Origin: an uncultured Chloroflexia bacterium
Lineage (GTDB): Bacteria > Chloroflexota > Limnocylindria > Limnocylindrales > CSP1-4
DNA length: 64,000 nt
Reading direction: 5' to 3'
Assembly: GCA_963833225.1 (NCBI GenBank)
Contig: CAWHXD010000019.1
Span: 96,001-160,000 of the forward strand
Position numbers and translations under genes: made by a program. Positions 50,209 through 59,990 of this stretch are shown here, piece after piece. The stretch's first letter is position 1, and each line of letters opens with the position of its first letter. The notes below the pieces were generated by a model, which did no database searches, was not told the origin of the DNA, and worked only from the letters and a program-made list of their open reading frames with translations.

Positions 50209-52361
50209 TCAGGACGCTGGCGGCAGGACTGCGATCTGTGCCTCGGCAGCCGCTGCGACCCGTTCTCGCCGACGCTGTGCCGCCTCCTTCGCCCTGGCTG
50301 GCTGCGCCAGGCGGTCGCACTCGGGGCAGTCCGTCATCGAGAGCGTGCGCTGGTAGACGACCGCCGGCCACTCGTGGCCGAGCGCGCACTGCCAGTAGGC
50401 GCGGTAGGCCGAAGCGCGGGTCACCTCGTCCGCGTGCTTCGTGTTCTTCTCGGCGTGCCACTCGAGCGCGAGGTGCGGGTAGTAGGCCGCCAGCGACTCC
50501 GCGGGATGGACCCGGTTGCCCATGTGGAACGGGCAGAACGAGCCGTGGTAGATCCGGTCGACGAGCTCGGTCTCCCAGACGTGGTTCTCGTTGAGCAGGC
50601 AGCGCCAGATGACGCGCCGCCGGCTGCCCGCGCTGATCGTCATCGGGTCGAGGTCGCCGTTGAAGTCGTAGTCCCACTCGAGGAGGTAGTCCTCGAACTC
50701 GTGGAGGAACCGGCCTTTCGTCGGCGTGACGACGCGCGGCCGCGGGTTCTTGGGCCGGCCCTTCGGCGGGATTGGCAGGCCGTGGAGCTGCCGCAGGTCG
50801 AGCGCCTCGTCGTAGAGACGGCGGTTGCGCTCCCGCGCCCACTCGAGGTGCTCGTCCGCCGCACGGCGCCTTGAGCGACGGTCGGACTCGAACACGAGTC
50901 GCGGGATGGACGCCTCGTCGCGGTCCTGCCAGGTCCGCCACCAGCTCATCTGCCGCCGCCTGCCTCGGTAGGTCTCCATCGGCAGCACGTTGGCCGCCGG
51001 CAGGTGTGATGCGTTCGCGTTCGCCTCGAACTGGGCGCGCACGATCTTCGCGTAACGCGCCTCCCGGGCGAGGCCGCGGCCCTTGAGCGTGATGAGGCCG
51101 AGCACGAGGTTGAGCCGGCGCGCGTTCTGCCAGCGGCCGGCCCGGCGCTTGATGGGCGCGAGCCACTCGGCGATCTTGCCCTCGAGCGAGCCCGTCGAGA
51201 GCGGGATCGGCCCGTGCTCGCGGGCGATCCGCCACTGGCGCACGATCAGCAGCTCGTTGGTGGCGACCCACGAGCGCAGGGCGAGCTTGTCGGGCGGGAC
51301 GTAGCGGGCGACCGCGTCCTTGAAGGCGGCCCACTCCTCGGGGCCGCGCTGGGCGACCTTCATCGCGGCGTAGAGCGGGTGGTCGCCCCACCGTCGAACG
51401 GTGCCACCGGTCCAGGCGACGCGTCGCTCGACCTTGATGGGCTCCTCGAGGCGGATCCGCTCGGCGATGCCGTCCTCGGCGGCCCGCTTGCGCATCAGCT
51501 CCTCGATGTGGTGGCGCGAGTGGTAGAGGATCGCCTTGGGCCACGTCTCGCGCACGGCTCGCGCGATTGCGGCGTCGAGGTCGGCGATCACCCAGGACGG
51601 TTCTCCCGAGAGCTGCGAGAAGAACGCCTTCCAGCTCTCCACGTCCTTACCGCCCGCGACCTGCATCGGCACGGGCACGGTCTTGTGGTGGGTGCCGTCC
51701 ATCGCGACGAGGATGGTGCCGGCCTTGAGGTTGCGGACGAAGCGCTCCTCGTCGGGGCTCGCGCCCGCGGCTCGCTCCGCTGCGGACGGCGGACGGTAGC
51801 CGGTCGCCATGAGGGTCGTCGAGTCGAGGATCAGGACCCGCGGCCACTCGTGCGGCATGAGCTCGGCGAGGACGGGCAGGGCGTAGGCGTCGAGGTAGTT
51901 GACCGCGAGGTTGGCCTGGCGGCTCGTGTCGCCGCGACGGATCCGCTTGAACTGCGGCTCGTCCGCCTTGCGGTTGCTGGTCTTGAGAACGTGCTCGCGC
52001 AGCTCGCAGCTCGCGTCGCGCAGGCTCATCCCCTCCCGATGTGGATGAACAGCCGGGCGAGCTCCTGGTGGCCGAACACGAAGCCGAGGCCGCAGCGCAC
52101 GCCCTCGTGGCGCTCGAACACGTGCTCGCAGTTGGCGCAGGCAGCGCCGGCGTCGGGGTGCTTGGCGGTCGGCTGCCGGACCGGGACCGGCAGCCTGAAG
52201 ACGTGGCCACGCGTGCGGATGGGCCAGACGCACCGGTAGCGCGGCCGGCGGTGGGCGGTGCTCCACCGGCAGGGCGAGAAGCCGTCGAACTGGACCCGCG
52301 TGCCTGGATGGTCCGGGCACACGGGGCGGACATCGGGCCGGTCAGGGAGGGCGAGAGTCAT
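50209..52361 (-). CDS. Mutator/IS256-like DDE transposase with N-terminal Zn ribbon and two C-terminal DUF4379-like zinc ribbons; frame break at about 52030
   Basis: D1 LILDST; D2 WVIADLDAAIARAVRETWP; YHSRHH at the C/DxxH position; E STGSLEGKI..IKRR; C-terminal EWDYDFN...VIWRC..H.W...CPFH and EWHAEKN...YWQCALGHEW...CPEC. Confidence 0.8.
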
Positions 52362-52425
52362 GTCGCGAGTCTGCCGCGGCGCTGTGCCACCTACGATGGC
52401 GCGGTGGTCCCGATCTCGCTACGGG

Positions 52426-52449
52426 TTCCAACGCAGATACAACAGGGAT
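52426..52449 (+). repeat. Right TIR TTCCAACGCAGATACAACAGGGAT
   Basis: Exact reverse complement of 49437-49460; abuts the tRNA CCA end. Confidence 0.95.
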
Positions 52450-52526
<77 letters not shown>

Positions 52527-52628
52527 GCGGCCGCCGAATGATACCGCCCACGCTCGTCCGCACCAATCGAGTCGGGGCCCGTCGCGTGCGAGGCGAGTCG
52601 CGAACCCGGCGGGACGGGCCCCCACCGG

Positions 52629-53600
52629 GTGGGGCACAATCCCGTGGTGCCCCCTGAACAGCGCTTCCCGCAGGCGCGTCCCCGCCGAAACGCGCATGCC
52701 CGTCTCGCGCTGATCGGCGCGGCGGGGGCCGCGGTCGTGCTGCTGGCCGCCCCCGCGCTGGGTCCCCGCGGCAGCGTCCTCGACCTGCGCAGCGACAACA
52801 CGACGCCCGCGGCCGTGACCCAGGCGCGCGATCCCGGTGGCCCATCCGCAACCGCTCCGGCCGCGGCCGCCACCCCCGGGCCGGGTGCCCTGCCGGCGTC
52901 CGCCGCGGGGACGCGGGACCTCGACCTTGCGCTTGACCTTGTCGCCCAGCGGGCCGCCATGCGGCAGGTGACGCGGCCGGTCGGTGTCCCCCCGCTCTCC
53001 AGCCTGACGGGCTACCAGTGGCCGCTCGCGCACCCGCGCCTCACCCTGCCGTTCGGGCCATCGCCATGGGGCTCGCGCCTCGTGGCCGGCGAGCCATTCC
53101 ACGATGGGGTGGACCTCGCCACCTTCTGCGGCGACCGGATCCATGCCGCCCATGCCGGCACGGTCATCGCGGCGGGGCGTCACTACGACGCGGCGATGGG
53201 CTGGGTGGGGGACCTGCACCCCTATCTCGCCCGTCTCGATCGGAAGCACCTGTGGTTTGAGCTGCCGATCGTGGTCGTCATCGACGACGGCAACGGCTAT
53301 CGCAGCATGTACGCCCACTTCGGACGCCTCGTCGTGGCCAAGGGCGACGTCGTGCAGGCGGGCGACCTCCTTGGCTTCGAGGGGATGACGGGTCGCGCCT
53401 CGGGCTGTCACCTCCACTACGGGCTGTACTCCCCGATGGAGACGGCGACGTTCCGGCTTCGGCCCGACGTCGTGAAGCGCATGAAGCTGCCGCGGGCGCA
53501 GATCGCGCGCGTCGATCCGCTCCTGGTCCTGCCACCGAAGGCCGGGATCAACGCCCCCAAGCACCACAAGACGTCGCCGCCCCGCGACACGTCTCCCTGA
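52629..53600 (+). CDS. M23 family metallopeptidase
   Basis: FHDGVD (HxxxD), SMYAHF, GMTGRASGCHLHY; N-terminal TM. Confidence 0.88.
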   Translation: MGHNPVVPPEQRFPQARPRRNAHARLALIGAAGAAVVLLAAPALGPRGSVLDLRSDNTTPAAVTQARDPGGPSATAPAAAATPGPGALPASAAGTRDLDLALDLVAQRAAMRQVTRPVGVPPLSSLTGYQWPLAHPRLTLPFGPSPWGSRLVAGEPFHDGVDLATFCGDRIHAAHAGTVIAAGRHYDAAMGWVGDLHPYLARLDRKHLWFELPIVVVIDDGNGYRSMYAHFGRLVVAKGDVVQAGDLLGFEGMTGRASGCHLHYGLYSPMETATFRLRPDVVKRMKLPRAQIARVDPLLVLPPKAGINAPKHHKTSPPRDTSP

Positions 53601-53612
53601 GGCGCGAGACCC

Positions 53613-55082
53613 CTAGTCCGACCGCCGGTACCGGCGCCCGACGAGCGACCACGCGGGCACCCTTCCCAGCGCGGCTTCCAGCGACGGTCCCGCGCCGCCG
53701 TCCCGTCGCTCGATGGCGAGCCGGTCGGGCGCGCCGGCACCGGGCCTCGCGTCGATCCCCACGAGGTCCACGACCACGCGCCCCGGCTCCGCCTCGCCGA
53801 GCTCGGCGAGCAGCGCCGCAGGCCACTCGGGCGTGGCCTGCTCGGCGTGAACCTCGCGCTCCGCGTGCCAGCGCGGGTGGCGGAGGAGGATCGCCCGCCA
53901 GCCGTCGGCGACCTCGGAGGTCACGCACCCGTCGCCGGGAACAGGCGTGACCGAGAGATGCTCCCCGCGCGCCCAACCGGCGGCCTGGTGGAGCAGCGCG
54001 TACTCGTCGAGATCCGCGAAGGCGGACAGCCGCTCGGCGGGAGACCCATCCCCGAACACGGCCCGGATGGACGGCGCGAACACCTCGGCGAGGTCCAGGT
54101 CGATCGCCCGCACGGTCCGGTGCAGGTACACGTGGCGGTACATGAACAGCCGCGCCGTGAGGAACATCTCGAGCGCCCCCAGCCCGGACTCGTAGAGGGT
54201 CAGCCCGCGCTCCGAGATGAAGCAGTACCGTCGGAGCCGCTCGGCGTCCACCGGGCCCATCGACACACCGGTCAGGTAGGCGTCGCGGCGCACGTAGTCC
54301 AGGTTGTCCACGGTGAACACGCCCGAGAGCAGCGGCTGGAGGACGCGGATCCAGCCCGGCATCGATGGATCCTCGAGCGCGGGCTTGGACACCAGGAAGG
54401 AGACCCACCGCGGGTCGATGCGCTCGCCGTCCGCGAATCGGTCACGTTCCGGCCCGCGACCCGGGGCCCGGCGCAGTCCCCGGATGACGGGTCCCAGCTC
54501 CCGCTCGATGACCAGCTGCGAGAGGTCCTCGTGGCTGAGCGACTTGGCGCCGGGCCGTCGGGGATCCGCGGGTGCCGGAAAGGCGGACAGGAACCGGTCG
54601 TCGAAGAAGTGGGCGAACGGCCCGTGTCCCACGTCGTGGAGCAGGCCGGCGATCCGGAGGGTCTCCACCACCAAACCCTCGGACGGGACGGGCTCACCCG
54701 GGGCGAGCACGGGCAGCGACGACACCAGCGACGCGTAGAGCGAGCGCGCCCACAGCCCCGCCTCATGCATCACGCCCAGGCCGTGCGTGAACCGGGAGTG
54801 CTCCGCGGTCGGGAAGACCCAGCGCGCGCTCTGGAGCTGGGAGATCCGGCGCAGCCGCTGGAGCCACGCGGAATCCAGGAGATCGTCCTCGGCGACGTCC
54901 TCGTCCGCGAACCCCGCCGCGCGGCACTCCGCCGGGGAAAGGCGCTTGGTCAGCTCGACGTAGCCGTGGATCGGGTCGCTGATCAGGTTGACGGCCGCGA
55001 ACGGCGCGCGACGCCCGGGCGCTTCCCGGGGCGCTCCATCGAACGCGGCTACGGGACCCAGATCTTCTTCTCGGTGGTCCAC
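53613..55082 (-). CDS. HD-domain phosphohydrolase (SAMHD1/dNTPase-like)
   Basis: ISDPIHGY, LQRLRRISQL, AEHSRFTHGLG, LLHDVGHGPFAH, DNLDYVRRD. Confidence 0.9.
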   Translation of the reverse strand: MDHREEDLGPVAAFDGAPREAPGRRAPFAAVNLISDPIHGYVELTKRLSPAECRAAGFADEDVAEDDLLDSAWLQRLRRISQLQSARWVFPTAEHSRFTHGLGVMHEAGLWARSLYASLVSSLPVLAPGEPVPSEGLVVETLRIAGLLHDVGHGPFAHFFDDRFLSAFPAPADPRRPGAKSLSHEDLSQLVIERELGPVIRGLRRAPGRGPERDRFADGERIDPRWVSFLVSKPALEDPSMPGWIRVLQPLLSGVFTVDNLDYVRRDAYLTGVSMGPVDAERLRRYCFISERGLTLYESGLGALEMFLTARLFMYRHVYLHRTVRAIDLDLAEVFAPSIRAVFGDGSPAERLSAFADLDEYALLHQAAGWARGEHLSVTPVPGDGCVTSEVADGWRAILLRHPRWHAEREVHAEQATPEWPAALLAELGEAEPGRVVVDLVGIDARPGAGAPDRLAIERRDGGAGPSLEAALGRVPAWSLVGRRYRRSD

Positions 55083-55855
55083 GCCGAGAGGTTACCGCGA
55101 CCGTCCTGCGCCTGGACCCGGAAGAAATACCAGTGGCCGTGCGCCCGGTTCTTGCGCCGGACCCGTGTCTTCGTGGTGTCGTCGCGGATCGTCTTCCAGG
55201 CGTGATCGTCGCGGCGGAACTGGACGTCGAACGAGCTCAGGCCCGCGGTGTGGGTCTGCAGCCGAGGGTCAGAGCCGCTCCACCGGAACGTGAGGTCGTC
55301 GCCGCTCCGCACCAGGCTCCCATTGCGCGCGACCGGCAGGGTGTGGTCCGCGGACTCCGTCATCACGATCGATGCCCAGGTGGAGCCGTCGCCTGCCTGC
55401 GCGATGCCCACCCCGACGTAGTTGAAGTCCGCGCTGAACATGATCCCGCGATGGGCGTCGCTGTTCTTCCACATGGAGTACAGGCTGTCGGCCGCCTGCT
55501 GCCCGATCGGCCAGCCGGTCATCCCGATGATCTCGCCATAGCCCAGCCAGTTGATCCCACGCGCGTCGAGCGCGAGCCCCACGTCGCCGCCGGCCGCGGT
55601 ATGCGAGAGGGTGATGAGGTCGGCCATGCGTTGCGCCCGCTCGGTCGCGAGGGCGGTGAGGGCGTCCCACGTCCGGTAGGCGACCAGCCCCCGGTCCGTT
55701 CGGTCCCCGTTCATCGAGGCCAGGATCATCCCGGCAACGTCGGTCGTCGTGGCGGCAGCCACGGGCGCGGGCGCCGCACCCAGGGCAACGATCAGCGCAA
55801 GGGCGGCAGCAAAGGAGGCGAGTCGGCCAGAGATGCGGGGGGTGGTGGCGTCGAT
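55049..55855 (-). CDS. Secreted CAP (SCP) domain protein with C-terminal FN3-like domain; start uncertain
   Basis: LSHT, GEII, WKNSDAHRGIM, YVGVGIA. The frame extends upstream of the ORF-track start through a signal peptide (RLASFAAALALIVALGAAPAPVAA) to an ATC after GAGGGA. Confidence 0.78.
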   Translation of the reverse strand: MDATTPRISGRLASFAAALALIVALGAAPAPVAAATTTDVAGMILASMNGDRTDRGLVAYRTWDALTALATERAQRMADLITLSHTAAGGDVGLALDARGINWLGYGEIIGMTGWPIGQQAADSLYSMWKNSDAHRGIMFSADFNYVGVGIAQAGDGSTWASIVMTESADHTLPVARNGSLVRSGDDLTFRWSGSDPRLQTHTAGLSSFDVQFRRDDHAWKTIRDDTTKTRVRRKNRAHGHWYFFRVQAQDGRGNLSAWTTEKKIWVP

Positions 55856-55957
55856 GGGAGGTCCCTCTGCGGGGGCAAGATGGGCGACCCGCCAAGGCTA
55901 GCGGAGATGGTGCAACCGGGCACCGGACCCGATGGGCCACCGCTGCCGGGCCGTTTG

Positions 55958-56977
55958 TCAGGTTGTGGACGAGTACCGGTCGAGGGCCGCCCGCAGCGTG
56001 CCCACCACGTCGTCGCGCAGCGCCGCCGGGGCAAGGACCTCCACATCCGAACCCCAGGACAGGATCCACAGCCGGATCTCGATGGTGCCGGCCACGGTTG
56101 CCCGCCACTCCAGGGAGCCGTCCGGCAGCTCCGTCACCCGCTGGCTCGGGTGCCACTGCGCCTCCATCACCCGCCCGGCGACGTCCGGCCGGAAGCGCAG
56201 CACGACCTCGGTCGCCGGCTGGTCGGCGATGATGTCCCACGCTCGCCGGAGCTGGGCGACCACGTCGGCCTCGGGGGCCTCGAACGTCCGCGGCAGCACC
56301 GCCAGATCCCGGATGCGCTCCACCTTGAAGGTCCGCATCGCCCCTCGATCCTCGTCGAACCCGATCAGGTACAGGGCGTGCGTCTGCAGGGACGGCTCCA
56401 GGAGATAGGGACGGACGGTGGCCCGACGCGGGCTCCGCGCCCCGCTGTACGGGGCCGGGACGTACTCGAACGCCACGACCCGCCGGTCCGCCCAGGCCTT
56501 CGTGAGGTCCCCGACATGGCGGTTGAAGACGGGGTCAACCGCGCGGCTCGCCAGGTCCTGGACGGTCCGCTCGACGTGCGCCCGCAGCGACGCGGGCAGG
56601 CCTTCCTCGAGCTTGGTGAACGCGGAGGCGAGGACCGGGTCGTGCTTGTCCATGTACCGGGTCAGCAGGCGCGCCGAGAGGAAGATCGCCATGGCCTCCG
56701 AGAGGGTCAGGCGAAGTGGCGGCAGGAAGGCCTCGCCCTCCACGCCCCAGCGCCCGCCATCGCTCCAGACGGGGATGCCCAGCTCTTCCTCGATCGCCTT
56801 GAGGTCGCGATAGACCGTCCGCTTGGCCATGCCGGTCCGCTTCGCGATCTCCATCGGCGTGATCCCGTGCGTCCCGTTGGCCCGCAGCACCCCGACCACG
56901 GTCAGCAGCCGGGCCGTGCGGTCGCGCTTGGCGCGGTCGTCGCCCGGCAGCTCATCGAACACGGGCGTCCTCCTCAT
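55958..56977 (-). CDS. HTH-WYL transcriptional regulator
   Basis: KRTVYRDLKAIE, VRPYLL, LYLIG...MRTFKVERI, WILSWGSDVEVLAP. Confidence 0.92.
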   Translation of the reverse strand: MRRTPVFDELPGDDRAKRDRTARLLTVVGVLRANGTHGITPMEIAKRTGMAKRTVYRDLKAIEEELGIPVWSDGGRWGVEGEAFLPPLRLTLSEAMAIFLSARLLTRYMDKHDPVLASAFTKLEEGLPASLRAHVERTVQDLASRAVDPVFNRHVGDLTKAWADRRVVAFEYVPAPYSGARSPRRATVRPYLLEPSLQTHALYLIGFDEDRGAMRTFKVERIRDLAVLPRTFEAPEADVVAQLRRAWDIIADQPATEVVLRFRPDVAGRVMEAQWHPSQRVTELPDGSLEWRATVAGTIEIRLWILSWGSDVEVLAPAALRDDVVGTLRAALDRYSSTT

Positions 56978-57195
56978 CGCGGTCCGGTGGACCAGTCGCG
57001 GCGGCCTCGCCACGATCGATCTCCGGCAGCCGACACCGTACCCCGATCGACCACGCGCCGTCCGGGGCTGTGCGCGGCCCACCCATGCCCAAGGTACTCA
57101 GACCGATAGGACTCCCGGGTCATCGTCCCGCGATGCCCCCAGGATCATCGTTGCGTCACCGCACCACGGTGCAGCACCCACAGACGACATCCCCA

Positions 57196-57279
57196 TCCGG
57201 TCGAGGCGGTTCTTCCCTCCTCCCGCCGAGACCGGAGACCCTCCGAAGCGACGCCGACCTCCTCCCGGCGTCGCTTCGG
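57196..57279 (+). promoter_or_regulatory. Two adjacent hairpins with CCTCCTCC-containing loops (candidate leader RNA or sRNA)
   Basis: Stems TCCGGTC/GACCGGA with inner GGCGG/CCGCC, and a perfect 14-bp CCGAAGCGACGCCG/CGGCGTCGCTTCGG. Confidence 0.5.
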
Positions 57280-57335
57280 CCGTTTGCGCACGGGTACACT
57301 TCCGCCGGACACCCCAAGGAGGAGCACCCAAGGAC

Positions 57336-58301
57336 ATGCGCACGCTCAAGGGCATCCCTGCCCTCGCCCTCGTCGCCGCGTTCGCCGCGGCCTGTACCGG
57401 CGGCGCCGCCTCGCCGTCCGCCGCCCCCACCGTGGCCCCCACGGTCGCCCCGACCGAGGCGCCTGCAACGGCCGCCCCCACGGAGGCCCCCACCGAGGCG
57501 CCAACGGCGACCCCCGACGCCTGCGCACCGGAGAACCTCGCCCTCAAGACCCCGGGCATGGTCACGATGGGCGCCGACAACCCGGCGTACCCGCCGTACT
57601 TCGAGCCCGGCGACACGAACACCGATCCGTGGGAGCTTGGCGACCCGACCAACGGCATGGGCTTTGAGGGAGCGGTTGCCGCCGCCGTCGTGCGCGAGCT
57701 CGGCTTCGGTCCCGACACCACGACCTGGGTCGTCGCCCCGTTCAACAACGCCATCGGTCCCGGCAGCAAGGACTACGACATCTACATCTCGCAGGTCAGC
57801 TACACCGACGAGCGTGCCCAGGCCGTGGACCTCACTGACGGCTACTACGACGTCGCGCAGTCGATCGTCGCGGCCAAGGGCAGCCCGCTCGCGAGCGTCA
57901 CCTCGGTTGCCGCGCTCAAGGACTTCGTCTTTGGCGCCCAGGTCGGCACCACGAGCTACACGCTCATCACCGACGTGATCGCCCCCACCAAGGATGCCAA
58001 GGTCTACGACACCAACGACCTCGCAGTGAAGGCCCTCAAGAACGGCCAGATCGACGGCCTGGTCGTCGACCTGCCGACGGCGTTCTTCGTGACCGCGGTC
58101 CAGTTCGGCAAGGGCACCATCGTCGGCCAGTTCGCGCCGGCGGCCGACGCGGAGCACTTCTCGATGGTTCTCGCCAAGGGCAGTCCGCTGACCGCCTGCG
58201 TCAATGCCGCCCTTGGCCGGCTCCGCGCCAGCGGCGAGCTCTCGACGATCACCCAGGAGTGGCTGGCCGACAAGGCGGACGCCCCGGTCTTCCAGCCCTA
58301 G
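57336..58301 (+). CDS. Amino-acid ABC transporter substrate-binding lipoprotein (SBP_bac_3)
   Basis: Lipobox AAAC; DNPAYPPY, GFEGAVA, ERAQAVDLT, GAQVGTTSY. Confidence 0.9.
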   Translation: MRTLKGIPALALVAAFAAACTGGAASPSAAPTVAPTVAPTEAPATAAPTEAPTEAPTATPDACAPENLALKTPGMVTMGADNPAYPPYFEPGDTNTDPWELGDPTNGMGFEGAVAAAVVRELGFGPDTTTWVVAPFNNAIGPGSKDYDIYISQVSYTDERAQAVDLTDGYYDVAQSIVAAKGSPLASVTSVAALKDFVFGAQVGTTSYTLITDVIAPTKDAKVYDTNDLAVKALKNGQIDGLVVDLPTAFFVTAVQFGKGTIVGQFAPAADAEHFSMVLAKGSPLTACVNAALGRLRASGELSTITQEWLADKADAPVFQP

Positions 58302-58311
58302 TCCTCGGTTG

Positions 58312-59244
58312 ATGCCTCCCGACGGGGCCCTGTCGTCGTCCGACGGGGCGGTTCCGCCGCCCCGCGTGACCCGCGGGCCCCGGTTCGGGCTGGGCGCGGA
58401 GGGCGCCCGCTCGCTCGGGGTTGCGACCGTCTCGACGGTCGTGGTGTTCGGCCTGCTGGGGTTCGTGATCGTCAACTCGGCCGGCTGGCCGGAGGTCCAG
58501 CGCTACTTCTTCGACGGAAAGATCTTCGCCGAGTCGCTCCCCAAGGTCCTCGGCAAGTTCTGGGTCAACATCCAGCTGTTCCTGATCGCCGAGGTGCTGA
58601 TCCTGGTGTTCGGGCTCCTGCTCGCGGTGCTCCGCAGCCTGCCCGGGCCCGCCTTCTTCCCGCTCCGCCTGATGGCCACGATCTATGTCGACGTGTTCCG
58701 GGCGCTGCCCGGGATCCTCGTCATCCTCGCGCTGGGCATCGGCATTCCCGCGCTCGAGATCGAGGGGGTGCCCAAGGATGAGTTCTTCTACGCGGTCGTC
58801 GTCCTGACGCTCCTCTACTCGGCCTACGTGTCCGAGGTCTACCGGGCCGGCATCGAGTCCATCCACCCCAGCCAGACCGCCGCCGCCCGGTCGCTCGGGT
58901 TGTCCCAGGTGCAGACGATGCGCCACGTGGTCGTGCCCCAGGCGGTCCGCCGGGTGATCCCGCCCCTGCTCAACGACTTCATCGGGCTCCAGAAGGACAC
59001 CGTGCTCGTCTCCTACATCGGCCTGGTGGAGATCTTCCGCCAGACCCAGATCATGTCCGCCGCCAAGTTCAACTTCACGCCCTACGTGGCGACCGCGCTG
59101 GTGTTCCTGGTGGTGACCATCCCGCTGGCCCGCCTGACCGACTGGCTGATCGCCCGAGAGCGGCGCAAGGGACAGGGTGGCTCGGGAGCGCCGTCGGCCT
59201 CGGCGTCGCGGCGGCGCGGCCGCCTGGTGGGGGCGGGGCGGTGA
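58312..59244 (+). CDS. Amino-acid ABC transporter permease
   Basis: [54 protein letters not shown]. Confidence 0.92.
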   Translation: MPPDGALSSSDGAVPPPRVTRGPRFGLGAEGARSLGVATVSTVVVFGLLGFVIVNSAGWPEVQRYFFDGKIFAESLPKVLGKFWVNIQLFLIAEVLILVFGLLLAVLRSLPGPAFFPLRLMATIYVDVFRALPGILVILALGIGIPALEIEGVPKDEFFYAVVVLTLLYSAYVSEVYRAGIESIHPSQTAAARSLGLSQVQTMRHVVVPQAVRRVIPPLLNDFIGLQKDTVLVSYIGLVEIFRQTQIMSAAKFNFTPYVATALVFLVVTIPLARLTDWLIARERRKGQGGSGAPSASASRRRGRLVGAGR

Positions 59245-59990
59245 GCGGCTCCGCGCTCTCAATCCACGGGCTGTGGAAGTCGTTCGGGCACCTCGACGTG
59301 CTGCAGGGCATCGACCTCGAGGTCGCCGAGCACGAGGTCATCGCGCTCATCGGCGCGTCGGGGAGCGGCAAGTCCACGCTCCTGCGCTGCATCAACCTGA
59401 TCGAGCCGATCGATGCCGGCCGGATCCTGATCGAGGGCGAGGAGATCACGGCCAAGGGTGTGGATGTCGACCGGATCCGACGCCGGGTGGGCATCGTGTT
59501 CCAGGCGTTCAACCTGTTCCCCCACATGCCCGTGATCGACAACATCACGCTCGCCCCGCGCAAGGTCCTTGGCCGGTCGCGGGCCGAGGCCGAGCGCGAG
59601 GCCACCGAGCTGCTCGAGCGGTTCGGCCTGGCCGAGAAGGCGGGCGACTACCCGGACCGGCTGTCCGGCGGGCAGCAGCAGCGGGTGGCAATCGTCCGGG
59701 CGCTGGCCATGCAGCCGGACCTGCTGCTCCTCGACGAGGTGACCTCCGCGCTGGACCCGGAGCTGGTTGCCGAGGTGCTCAGCGTGATCCGGGAGCTGGC
59801 GACGGGCGGGATGACCATGCTCATCGCCACCCACGAGATGGGGTTTGCGCGGGACATCGCCAGCCGGGTCTGCTTCCTCGATCAGGGCACGATCCTCGAG
59901 TAGGGGCCGCCGGCGCAACTGTTCTCCGAGCCCCGCGAGGCGCGAACCCGTCAGTTCCTCAACCGGATCATCGAGGCGGGGCGCCTCTAG
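59241..59990 (+). CDS. Amino-acid ABC transporter ATP-binding protein (GlnQ-like) with in-frame TAG at 59901
   Basis: [33 protein letters not shown]; after the TAG the frame continues [19 protein letters not shown], the normal family C-terminus. Confidence 0.9.

Larger units (their letters stand above)
49437..52449 (-). mobile_element. IS256/Mutator-like transporter IS (3,013 bp) inserted at the tRNA-Arg 3' end
   Basis: Perfect 24-bp TIRs, 8-bp TSD, DDE transposase and a passenger gene inside. Confidence 0.9.

Noticed and set aside
55958-56977. WYL regulator as a marker of a defence island or CRISPR locus
   Set aside because: Neighbours are CAP, HD, M23 and ABC genes. No cas genes or repeat-spacer array are seen anywhere in the window.
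55133-57109. Long antisense or alternate-frame ORFs (e.g. 55133-57109, 23821-25701, 32861-34735)
   Set aside because: Shadow ORFs typical of high-GC DNA, overlapping well-supported genes and lacking motifs.
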